NCBI GenBank assembly: GCA_051599415.1
Contig: AP039689.1
Span: 992,001-1,056,000 of the forward strand
Direction: 5' to 3'
Length of the DNA stretch: 64,000 bases
Source: Savitreella phatthalungensis
Lineage: Eukaryota
Shown: positions 20,592 to 29,958 of the stretch, one piece after another
Numbering within the stretch: the first letter of the stretch is position 1
Layout of the letters: the number at the start of each line of letters is the position of its first letter
Translations under genes and position numbers: made by a program
The notes under the pieces: generated by a model
Database searches by the model: none
Told to the model about the DNA's origin: nothing
What the model saw: only the letters and a program-made list of their open reading frames with translations

Positions 20592-21695
20592 TCATGGCTT
20601 GTCCGGCAGGCGTAATAAACTCCAGTCAAGCGACTCAAGGGCAGGAGGCTGCGGAGACTCCAGCTGCTGTAGGAGCTCGTCCAGGTTGTCCAAGTCTGCA
20701 TAACGCTCGTCCTCAATCTCGACCACAAGCGGGAGGGACTCGTCCGAAGGCTTCCCTTGCTGCTGTCGAGATGTGGCTGCACGAGACGCGGTTGTCGACG
20801 TCGGTCGACGGATTCCTGTGCTTGGCAGTTGAGCGGGTCGTGTTGTCGCTTTCGCTCTAGCGGAAGCTGTCGGAGCAGCGAAACCTCCGAGTCTCGTCGG
20901 TCGGGTCACTGGGACTATTTTTTCCGACGCTACTTTCGGCTTCAACGAAGAAGACGATCGACCAGTCTGTGTGCTCGTAGATTTAGCGAGCAAACTCGGG
21001 TTTGCAGTCCCCTTCTTGACGAAGATCGGCTCAGGTAGAAGCTTCACAGGTGGAAGGTCGAGGTCAAGGTCAAGATCGAGATCATCAGCGGGTGTGTTCG
21101 CGAGCGCGAGACTACGAATGTAAGCTTTTTGCGCTGCTCGGTTCTCAGCTTCGCTAATCTCATAGGTGAATGGTTCCTCCTCGTCCTCCATGTTGTACGG
21201 CCGCTCGACCACTTTCGGCGGCATGTATTCGATGTCAGGCAAGTCAATTCCAGTCTCGATCGAGCGATCGAGCGCCAGTCTCAGAGCCTCTATCCCGGAC
21301 AGCTTTGGCTGTTGAGATACTGGCTGTGGGACCTCTTGCTCGACCACAGGCTCATCCAATGCAATTTGCAGCTTCGGCGGACGAGCAATCGTCTTTGGGG
21401 AGTGCCGTTTGCCTGTCTTGCTGGCTGATGCGAATTGACGATTGTTGACGTTGGTAGACTTTGCGCCTAGAGGCGCTCGGTTGTGATTAGGTGCAGGAGT
21501 GACGAATGCGCTGGGGTCGAACTGCTTAGTGGTGAAATTCGATACAGGTGGTGCTTTTGAGCTCTGTACATTGTTGTGCAAGTTGCCCTTTGCGCCGATG
21601 ACGTTCTTTGCAGGTGTCTTCGGGAAAGCTCCAGCACGGTTCTCTTGATTGCTGTTGTCGCGCACGCGGACATCGACAGAGCGCTGCGTGAACAT
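20592..21695 (-). CDS. cut2: Probable securin (Cut2/Pds1-like separase inhibitor)
   Basis: Disordered protein with QEN, D-box RAPLGAKSTN, TP sites, the DIEYMPP separase-binding motif and a downstream LPE. Confidence 0.75.
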   Translation of the reverse strand: MFTQRSVDVRVRDNSNQENRAGAFPKTPAKNVIGAKGNLHNNVQSSKAPPVSNFTTKQFDPSAFVTPAPNHNRAPLGAKSTNVNNRQFASASKTGKRHSPKTIARPPKLQIALDEPVVEQEVPQPVSQQPKLSGIEALRLALDRSIETGIDLPDIEYMPPKVVERPYNMEDEEEPFTYEISEAENRAAQKAYIRSLALANTPADDLDLDLDLDLPPVKLLPEPIFVKKGTANPSLLAKSTSTQTGRSSSSLKPKVASEKIVPVTRPTRLGGFAAPTASARAKATTRPAQLPSTGIRRPTSTTASRAATSRQQQGKPSDESLPLVVEIEDERYADLDNLDELLQQLESPQPPALESLDWSLLRLPDKP

Positions 21696-21697
21696 GA

Positions 21698-21837
21698 CTA
21701 CAGTTGGCCGTGGGGATGGCGACAAGGGTGTTTACCAATGTGTTAGCAAGAGAGTGAAGTTAAAAGTTTTCTATCAGCGCAGGGAGAATGGTAGGTAGAA
21801 GCGGTTGGCAAGGTATTGCGATGGACACAGAACTCAC
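21698..21837 (-). other. Predicted 5'-UTR intron of the securin gene (140 nt)
   Basis: Donor GTGAGT at 21837, branch TGCTAAC at about 21748-21742, first downstream AG is TAG ending at 21698, 2 nt before the ATG. Confidence 0.7.
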
Positions 21838-21979
21838 TGAGCCATACACAGCTGAAGAGTCGTGCAGTTGTCTGGTGTGATGTTGGTGTTGGTGTGTAAT
21901 ATATATGGAAAGATGGTTGATGATGTGAGACGCGGTGATTTTAATACAGTACATGTGAATTCCGAGTGATGTGAGTGGA

Positions 21980-21999
21980 TGGCTGGCTGGCTGGCTGGC
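21980..21999. repeat. (TGGC)5 microsatellite
   Basis: Read directly in the securin/aim29 divergent intergenic region. Confidence 0.9.
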
Positions 22000-22357
22000 T
22001 GCCTAGCTGATAGTATAGCTAGCTCATAGTCTGCCTGGTTGACTGGCTGTTCTGTTTGGCTAATCTATTTGGCTGTGCTAAACTCTGCTATGCATGCTAT
22101 AGTATGCTGTTTGCGTGCATACAATCTTAATGTCTAGCTGCGCATATGTGTGCATTCATCGGAACAATTAAATTTATAGATTGAAATTTTAATTTATTTT
22201 ATTTTTATGGTTGCTCTGAAAGTTTTCTCTTGTCACAGCAATTGCACTATATAGACTATAGCTACGTATACGTCCATACAAAGGAGAAAAGCAGCATGAT
22301 CCATGTGTACAAGCTGTTGATCTGTGTAATAGCACTCTGTGTAACTTCCTTGGTACA

Positions 22358-22387
22358 CAGGTCAGGTCAGGTCAGGTCAGGTCAGGT
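22358..22387. repeat. (CAGGT)6 microsatellite
   Basis: Read directly, about 80 nt upstream of the aim29 ATG. Confidence 0.9.
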
Positions 22388-22467
22388 GCTGATTTTGAGT
22401 CTACATCCACCCACACGTCATTCCTCTCGTCATTTCTTTCAATTGTCAAGTGCTCGCCTGCAGGTAG

Positions 22468-22890
22468 ATGGCGGCACTCACATCACAGGAGAAGCCATTG
22501 ACTGATGCGACATTGACCGTTCGGATCATCAAGTCATTCCCTCACAGGGCTCACAAGAACCTCGTCCTTCAGCACACGGATCTCACTACATTGACAGTTG
22601 CAGATCTCAAGCAGCGGTGTAGAGAGGAAATCACGCGCGGCACTGGAGCATGGAAGATCTACAGGGCAACCATCCTCCCAAAGCTAGACACCATCAAGCT
22701 CTACACAAAGGCACACGGCACAAAGACTGTCAACCTCATCATCAACCTCGACGATGATCAGCAGCTGATACTCACCGACGACGAGAAGACCTTGGCCGAC
22801 TATGGATGCGAGCATGAAACTGAGCTATCCTTCTTTAACCTCGAGGCTTACAAGACTTTCCAGGCAAATCCGATCGAGCTCTGGGAGTGA
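22468..22890 (+). CDS. AIM29: UPF0538/DUF2340 ubiquitin-like protein (Aim29/C2orf76 family)
   Basis: TLTVRIIKSFPHR..DTIKLYTKAHGTKTVNLIINLDDD..ETELSFFN..FQANP. Confidence 0.9.
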   Translation: MAALTSQEKPLTDATLTVRIIKSFPHRAHKNLVLQHTDLTTLTVADLKQRCREEITRGTGAWKIYRATILPKLDTIKLYTKAHGTKTVNLIINLDDDQQLILTDDEKTLADYGCEHETELSFFNLEAYKTFQANPIELWE

Positions 22891-23264
22891 ATGACAGCGT
22901 CCTTTGCCTTCCCCATCTCTTGTACACTAGAATGGCATCTTTGCATTGAAACACTTTGACTTCATTGACGAGTAAGGCCTGCATATCATGTTGCTCTGTA
23001 GAAGCCTATGATCTCGATTCCGCGTCAATTTGTTTAATCTATTTTGTTGTGGTACACTACACTGATTTGAGTTCCGTATACGTCAGGAGCTCCAAACATG
23101 CAACATCAATCCATGCAAGACGCGCATTTCTCCACAACGGCACAATACAAGCACACATTTGATCCCTTGACACCTGCGCAGTCCACTTTTTCCCAGTTGT
23201 GAGCCTCGATGGCTTGGGAAAGCGAGTGATATTGCTGATCAATAGCGGACTGGACATCCCTGGC

Positions 23265-25232
23265 ATGGACGAGGATGTCGGCGCCATTCGCGAGCTGCTC
23301 GCTGATGAAGATGAGCAAATCGACCAGCAGTTGTACGCCGCTCAGAAGGAAGCTCTCATCTTTGCAATCGATATTTCACCCTCGATGCATCGGCCAGACC
23401 CACATAGTGGCCAGAGTCCCATACGCGTCGCCCTCGATTGCGTCTACAGCTTTCTGACGACCAAGATCATCTCCAGTCCGAACGATCAGGTCGGTGTTGT
23501 CCTGTACGGCACGAAGAGGTCCAAATTTCCGCAGGGTATGAGCATCCCAAGTAGCAAGAAGCTCTACTTCCTGTGCGATATGGACTTCCCTGACGCACCG
23601 ATGATCCGCCAATTGAGGGAGGTATTGGATGACAAAGAGCGATTCGATGAAGTGATGGAACCTGCTGATGAGCAAGCCGCTTTGTCCGACGTCTTCTTCC
23701 ACGGCGCCAATCAGGTCTTCTCGACTCGCGCTCCAAATTATAATCTCAAGCGCGTGATTCTTATTACGGACAACGACGATCCTGCGAGCACGGACGAGGC
23801 TCGCAAGCTGGCCATCACCAGAGCCGGTGATTTGAACGACCTCGGCGTCAAAATAGAGCCTATCTTCATTGCTCGCAGCAACGACGACAACGAAGACCAA
23901 AAGCCATTTCGTTCCTCGAAATTCTGGGACGAGGTGGTGACGCGTGACGACGACGATTATGACGACAATATGGATTTGGTGCAGCGCGGGGCAGAACGGA
24001 TGAAGCAGATGATGGGACGGATTAAGGCCAAAGCAGTGCCAAAGCGTGCCGTCTTCTCCATACCGCTTGAGATCGCGCCGGATTTCGCAATCGGCATCAA
24101 AGGATACATCTTGTTCAAGGAGCAGAAGATTGCTCGAACGCATAACATCTACAATCATACTGGCGACCGCCCAGAGATGGTCAAAACGGAGACGGTAAAT
24201 ATTGATGTCGCCACCTCAAAAACCCTCGATAAAACAGAAATTCGGCGGGCATACAAGTTTGGCAATGAGCAGGTCATCTTCACGGACGAAGAGCTCAAAC
24301 AAATCAAGTACGTGGAAGAGCCCGTTTTACGGATATTGGGTTTCCGGGACGCAGCACGCCTCGAGTTCTGGCACAATATTCGCCCTTCCTACTTCATTTA
24401 CCCTACAGAGACCAATTTCGTTGGCAGCACGCGAACCTTCGCGGCTCTTCATGCCAGCCTGCTTTCAAAGAGGAAAATCGCGGTTGCCTGGTTCATCCCA
24501 CGTCGGAATGCAAACCCATGTCTGGTGGCGATGATGCCCTCACGCGAAGAGCACGAGCAAGGCACAAACCTTCAGATAACACCGCCGGGCATCCACCTGA
24601 TTCAGCTGCCCTTCGCTGACGATATTCGAGATCCTGTCCCAGCACTGCAAGAGGGAGATCTTGGATACATGGCGCCGGATTCTTTCCCGACCGAGCTGAC
24701 CGATGGGATGGTGGACATTCTAAACAAGATCTTGATCCCTGCATACGACCCTTCACGTTATCCAAATCCGGCTCTCCAGTGGCATTGGAAGACGCTGCAA
24801 GCTATGGCGCTTGAGGAGGATATGCCGCAGCGTGACAAAGACTTGACCATACCGAAGTACAAGGGCATACTGAAGCGGGCCGGTGACGCAATCGCAGAAT
24901 GGAACAGCCTGCTGGAGAGATACGCCAGCGAGCTACCGATAGAGGCAGCCGTCACGGAATCGTCAAAGAAGCGCAAGTCTACGGAGAATACCAAGAGAGA
25001 GGGGGACGCGCCACCTCGTAAGCTGGCCAAGATCACCGAAGATGATATTCCACCAGTCGACGAGCTCAGGCGGCTTGCGCAAGCAGGTCAGCTCGAGCGT
25101 ATTGTCACGGTCGGTGCATTGCGCGCCATCATTTTCAAATTAAAGGAAGAAGAGGTCATCAAAGACGGTGCCCCTGCGAGCGCTCGCAAGCCGGATCTTC
25201 TCCGCTTCGTCACCGATTCGCTTGAAATATGA
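23265..25232 (+). CDS. KU70: Ku70 DNA end-binding subunit
   Basis: vWA (ALIFAIDISPSM, DQVGVVLYGT, LITDNDDP), beta-barrel (GSTRTFAALH, LPFADDIR, YPNPALQWHW) and SAP-like C-terminus. ATG at 23265. Confidence 0.96.
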   Translation: MDEDVGAIRELLADEDEQIDQQLYAAQKEALIFAIDISPSMHRPDPHSGQSPIRVALDCVYSFLTTKIISSPNDQVGVVLYGTKRSKFPQGMSIPSSKKLYFLCDMDFPDAPMIRQLREVLDDKERFDEVMEPADEQAALSDVFFHGANQVFSTRAPNYNLKRVILITDNDDPASTDEARKLAITRAGDLNDLGVKIEPIFIARSNDDNEDQKPFRSSKFWDEVVTRDDDDYDDNMDLVQRGAERMKQMMGRIKAKAVPKRAVFSIPLEIAPDFAIGIKGYILFKEQKIARTHNIYNHTGDRPEMVKTETVNIDVATSKTLDKTEIRRAYKFGNEQVIFTDEELKQIKYVEEPVLRILGFRDAARLEFWHNIRPSYFIYPTETNFVGSTRTFAALHASLLSKRKIAVAWFIPRRNANPCLVAMMPSREEHEQGTNLQITPPGIHLIQLPFADDIRDPVPALQEGDLGYMAPDSFPTELTDGMVDILNKILIPAYDPSRYPNPALQWHWKTLQAMALEEDMPQRDKDLTIPKYKGILKRAGDAIAEWNSLLERYASELPIEAAVTESSKKRKSTENTKREGDAPPRKLAKITEDDIPPVDELRRLAQAGQLERIVTVGALRAIIFKLKEEEVIKDGAPASARKPDLLRFVTDSLEI

Positions 25233-25362
25233 AACAGTACTGAGGGAGATGTGGAAAACGCTGTACACGTCGATTGTCCTCAAAAGCTTTTTCCTAATGA
25301 ATGAATGTGCCCTGAACTGCAACATGTCGATCGCCCTCTTCCTTCCTTTCTTCCATCCTCGC

Positions 25363-25920
25363 TCAAGCCGTCCGCTCAATCAGGTGAACTCCTGAATCTG
25401 TCTCGATGACGCCAGAGAGCTCGCCAACCTTGAGGCCGAAAGCCGCGTCTTCAAAGGCACGCTGCATCTCCCCGCGACCGAAGAAGCCTAGGTCTCCGGC
25501 TTTTCTAGCACTCGAGCAATCGCTCTCTGTCGTGGCAATCTCGCCGAGCGTTGCACCACCAGCACGAATCCTCGCCTCGTGGCCTAGCAATACAGAGGTG
25601 GCATCCTCCTTTGACCGTGTGATCTGTGCCTCCCGCCAAGAGCTAGGCCTTCTCGAGCCTGCGTGCTTGACGAGCAGGTGACTCGCCCGAATCTTACTAG
25701 ACGTCGATCCACCGCTACCGGACGTCGAGCTGTTGCCCGCACCAACGCCAGCACTACCGCTCGAGTGGTACTCTGCCATGAATGCAGCCAGCTTGTCGCT
25801 GTCAGAACCTGCAGGCGGCTCCCATCGACTCTCAGACGTCGAAGCGTTAAAGTAGTAAGGCAGGTTGCGTGACTTTGAATGTTTGACCTCCCAACCATCG
25901 GGCAGTCCAGTCGCAGACAT
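25363..25920 (-). CDS. ESS1: Peptidyl-prolyl isomerase Pin1/Ess1 (WW + parvulin)
   Basis: GLPDGWEVKHSKSRNLPYYFN..WEPP; IRASHLLVKHAGSRRPSSWR..ESDCSSA..GDLGFF. Confidence 0.97.
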   Translation of the reverse strand: MSATGLPDGWEVKHSKSRNLPYYFNASTSESRWEPPAGSDSDKLAAFMAEYHSSGSAGVGAGNSSTSGSGGSTSSKIRASHLLVKHAGSRRPSSWREAQITRSKEDATSVLLGHEARIRAGGATLGEIATTESDCSSARKAGDLGFFGRGEMQRAFEDAAFGLKVGELSGVIETDSGVHLIERTA

Positions 25921-26387
25921 GTCTGAATATATAGATGACTGATATTGCGGCTGTAATGTTTTCTCTGAGCACAAGAATGGAGTCTGCCGCTTGTCGACTG
26001 CTCACTAAAGACGTATGTGAGCTCTGTGATTGATGTCTACCATGGAGTTAGGTTGCGTGGATGATGAGTGGATGATTGAGTGGATCGCCCCGCGTTCGAT
26101 CATGCTTGTTCCAGTGTCAATGACAATATTCCATTGTTGGAGTTGGAACAGCTACAGTAGCTTCAGCATCTCTTTCCTGAATGCAGGCTGAATCAATTGA
26201 CCCCAATTCACTAATTTGATCAGCTTCTACCTTGCAAGGACGATACAAATTTTCTGATCAGCACGCGGATGCACGCAGCACTGCATGGTCATACGTGGAT
26301 GAAGCATCGGTCAAGCAACGTCTTTTAGGTTTAGACAGACGCTCGCCACTCGTACACCGTGACCAACAGTGTTTGTCATCGATCGAG

Positions 26388-27230
26388 ATGTCTGGCAAGA
26401 CGTTCGACATGTCGCGGTCCGAGAGCAATGCTCGCGCACCTACACGAATCTACGCCTCGAGAGGTATGCCAGCACACTTGAAACTCAAATACCGAATTCA
26501 GGAGCAGAAGGAGCTTCGCAAAGCCCGCCACAGCGACTCCGGGTCTTCCGCAGATGGTTCTCATAAAGCTGCAGGAGATAGCATCCCTGCAGCGAAGCGC
26601 GTGCGGATCACTCCCGAGCCTGTATCCGAGCAGCTAGACGCCGGAAGTCCTGGCGCGCACACCACGAGTGTGCAGACCGAGTCTCCCATCAGCACAACAG
26701 ACACAAGAAACACTGTATTGAGACACTTTGAGCAAGATCAGGCAGACAGCAGAGAAGACGGCCTTCGGGAAGAGGAAAAGCACATGCACGGTCAAGCGCC
26801 TGCAGGAAATGAAGATGAGGATAGGGATCAGCATGAGGACGAGGACGAGGATGACGACGACGACGATGATGAAGACGATGGTGCTGAAGAAGAAGGATCT
26901 GAGGATGAGTCTGAGGATGAAACAGAAGCGCTCATGCGGGAGCTCGCCAAAATCAAGGCTGAGCGAAAAGCGGCTGAAGCACGCGAGGCGGAGGCTGTGG
27001 CGGCTGAAGAACGACGAAAACGCGAGGCGGACATCACTTTTGGCAATCCACTCATGGCAGGTCAGTCTGGAGTTGGATCAGGGCGATTTGCAGCGAAAAG
27101 GCGATGGGATGAGGATGTCATCTTCCGTGTCAAGGACGATGCGTCCAAACGTGACGGCACAGGCGGGTTCGTCAATGACATGCTGCGTAGCGACTTTCAC
27201 AAAGCGTTCATGAAGCGATACATTAGATAA
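26388..27230 (+). CDS. CWC15: Splicing factor Cwc15/Cwf15
   Basis: SRGMPAHLKLKYR, acidic tract, ETEALMRELAKIK, GNPL, KRRWDEDVIF and FVNDMLRSDFHKAFMKRYIR. Confidence 0.95.
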   Translation: MSGKTFDMSRSESNARAPTRIYASRGMPAHLKLKYRIQEQKELRKARHSDSGSSADGSHKAAGDSIPAAKRVRITPEPVSEQLDAGSPGAHTTSVQTESPISTTDTRNTVLRHFEQDQADSREDGLREEEKHMHGQAPAGNEDEDRDQHEDEDEDDDDDDDEDDGAEEEGSEDESEDETEALMRELAKIKAERKAAEAREAEAVAAEERRKREADITFGNPLMAGQSGVGSGRFAAKRRWDEDVIFRVKDDASKRDGTGGFVNDMLRSDFHKAFMKRYIR

Positions 27231-27272
27231 TCTTCAGGCGTTCACTCATTCGAGGCGCGGAATGTCATGGTC

Positions 27273-28331
27273 TCAACCTCGATTCATCATCGTATTACCA
27301 GCACCTTTCGGGTTGTGCTCGGTGAAATTGTCCCAGTCAATTGCCTTCCGCCTCTCGGTCTCCTCACGAGCGTCTTCGCGAGCTGTACCGCCAAGCGAGT
27401 CTGCCGCTGTGCTTCTTGCGCGTGAAGTGGAATCTGCCTGCGAAATAATGCCGCCGCGCTGTCGCTCGAGCTCGAGGTATTCGTCAATCGTCATTGTGGG
27501 CAGGCTGTGATCAGGCCTGAAGACCTCTCTCCGCATGCGATCACGCGTGCTCCCCGAACCAGAAGGTGCGATAACAAACGGTTGCAAGGGTCGCCCCGAC
27601 TGATCGATCAGGCTCTCCTTACCCCGCGACGCATCAACACGCCAAGTCGCCTGTTCAGCTTGAGCTTCGCGCTCTGCACGACTAGGACCGTGACTATTCC
27701 GCGGCTGGAAATCGACGGGTCTCATTCGCAGGATCTCCTGCTCTCGCGAGATAGCTTCAACCTCCTGAAGCGCCTTCGAGACGGCGAGCCGTATCGACTG
27801 AAGATGTAGTGTACGTAGATTCTCCTCATCGTCATTGTTACCACCGACTTTGGATTTCTTTTGCAAAGCTGCAATTGACTCCTCGAGCGCCTTTTCCCGC
27901 CGGAAACGCTCGATGCGGGCCTGACGCTGGTCTGATGCATCCAATTTCGCCTGATCATCCGCTGACGCAGTTCTCTTCAGGTATTTGCGGACTGTGCTCG
28001 CGTCTTCGATATGTGCGAGGCTATAATCATCGACAAGCCCAAGGAAGGCTGAGAATGACTTTTCCGCCTTGGCGAGCGTCTCCGATCGCTGTGCTGGATC
28101 TGCTACTTGAAATAGCAGACATCCAAGGTGATATTTCAGCAGGACATATGGCAAGTCTGCTGTCGACAGGTCATCAAGTGTCTCATTTGAGCTGAAGAGA
28201 GACAGCTTCGAAGCAAGCGATTGAGCCTCGTCATACTTTGCAATCGTATCTTTCAGCACTGTCTGATCATAGGTCTCTTCAAATTTGGCTCGACGAGCTT
28301 CGGCTTGAGACAGTGTGTCTTTAAGGGACAT
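27273..28331 (-). CDS. TAP42: PP2A-associated Tap42/alpha4
   Basis: LFSSNETLDDL, RQARIERFRREK, GRPLQPF, HSLPTMTIDEYLELE and WDNFTEHNPKGAGNTMMNRG. Confidence 0.95.
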   Translation of the reverse strand: MSLKDTLSQAEARRAKFEETYDQTVLKDTIAKYDEAQSLASKLSLFSSNETLDDLSTADLPYVLLKYHLGCLLFQVADPAQRSETLAKAEKSFSAFLGLVDDYSLAHIEDASTVRKYLKRTASADDQAKLDASDQRQARIERFRREKALEESIAALQKKSKVGGNNDDEENLRTLHLQSIRLAVSKALQEVEAISREQEILRMRPVDFQPRNSHGPSRAEREAQAEQATWRVDASRGKESLIDQSGRPLQPFVIAPSGSGSTRDRMRREVFRPDHSLPTMTIDEYLELERQRGGIISQADSTSRARSTAADSLGGTAREDAREETERRKAIDWDNFTEHNPKGAGNTMMNRG

Positions 28332-29900
28332 CTGTATGATCGGCAAGCCCACAATGGGACACAAGCTGGAATGCCGGACGGACTCCCTGTAGAACGATAA
28401 ACACAAGCGATGCATTAATGCGTGCATCCTCGATCGCTAAAATTAGCAATGCGTAGGATACGTTAGGCAGAATTGATATGCATTTCATCAAATGCATGGT
28501 GCAGCGAATTAGGACCAAGCAAATCGATGTTCGGAGACGAACTGCAAACAGATGCATAGGCAGTCGCGTCTCTGAACGTTGATGGCGACATGTTTGATCC
28601 GCACATCTCGTAGGCTGGAACAGGTCGGTGTCTGCTTGCAGCAGCCGATGTTCTTTTTGACAACAACTGACTCTGACGGAATGATGACCTGAAGATATTA
28701 ACTGACAAAATATAGAGCGCTCTTAAAGCGGAATTTCACTGTCCGGCATTCGCAAGGCCACTTGCTGTTGATCTCCTCTCAGGAATCAGATGGAGCATCA
28801 TGTCGGATCGAACACAGGTCTCGCGGCTGCGCATCATTGGTTTGTGAGCAGAAAAGGGACTCGATTGTGCGTAGATGCACCGCATGCACTCGTGCAGTTC
28901 CACGTGGGGTGTCACGCTGCATATCCCTGTATGACGGATCACCGCTCTTAGAGCCGAAGCTTCAAGGGTTTGCAAATACGGCCTGCCATCTCTGACTCCG
29001 GACGAGAATCCGGGGGAGAAGGCGTTGTTACATGTTGATTGGCTCGTCGCTAGGCAGGTCACTGTTTCTGTCCGCTGTTTCCTGACGCGACTTCCGCGGG
29101 CTCGATGCCATAAAGTATGCGCGCTCATACTTTATCACTCAAAGGATCGACGTGGAAATTCCCGATCTACGTACATCCAGAAATGGGGTAGCGGGCGGCT
29201 CCCCGCCTACGAGTAGTTTTGACCAATTATCTGACGATATTGAGATCGAATCCCCATGGATTGCATGTGCCCGGCTTCTCGCAAAAGAGACCATATTAGG
29301 TCAATAAATATTGACTTTCAAATTGATTAATTCTGTCACCATAGAAAGCTAGCCATAAATGAGACCCCCAAATCCACTCCCAGCCTGGTCAGACTCAAAC
29401 GTCATGGACGGATCGTAAGGCTTCGGAAATTGCACAATCGAAAACTTATTCTTTCATCCTCATTGCTGTAATTCATATCGACAAAGGCGGTCGTTTGATT
29501 TTCTACGGGAAAAGATGATCTAGCTTGGTCCTTTCTGTGACGAGATATATAGCCATGGACCCAATCGAGCGAGGCTCCATGCAACCAATCAATGGGAAAA
29601 ATGCCATTTCAGAGAATTCCGGCTTGTTAAAGATCTTCGATCCAATGAATTGTTGAAGATCTACGAAATGCGAGTTCCAATCCCCACGTTTTGCTCCTGA
29701 ACCGCCAGAGGAGGATCCGAGTCAGCACGACGGGATAATGTCAACATCTACAACTCAGCACAGTGTATCGCCGGGAATCTTCAGCCAGCTTCAGCCGTAT
29801 TGTTGCAGTGACGGGATATCGGAGAGTTTGACATTGACATTGACAGTGGGATCGCAATTCCGCTCCCGTTGAGTGAGATCGCCCGATGTCGATTTGATGA

Positions 29901-29907
29901 TATATAA
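29901..29907 (+). promoter_or_regulatory. Candidate TATA box of the lipase gene
   Basis: TATATAA about 52 nt upstream of the ATG at 29959. Confidence 0.5.
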
Positions 29908-29958
29908 GGGCTTCAGCATCCCGATGACCATGTTCTTCGTAAATTTGTCCTCCCCATC

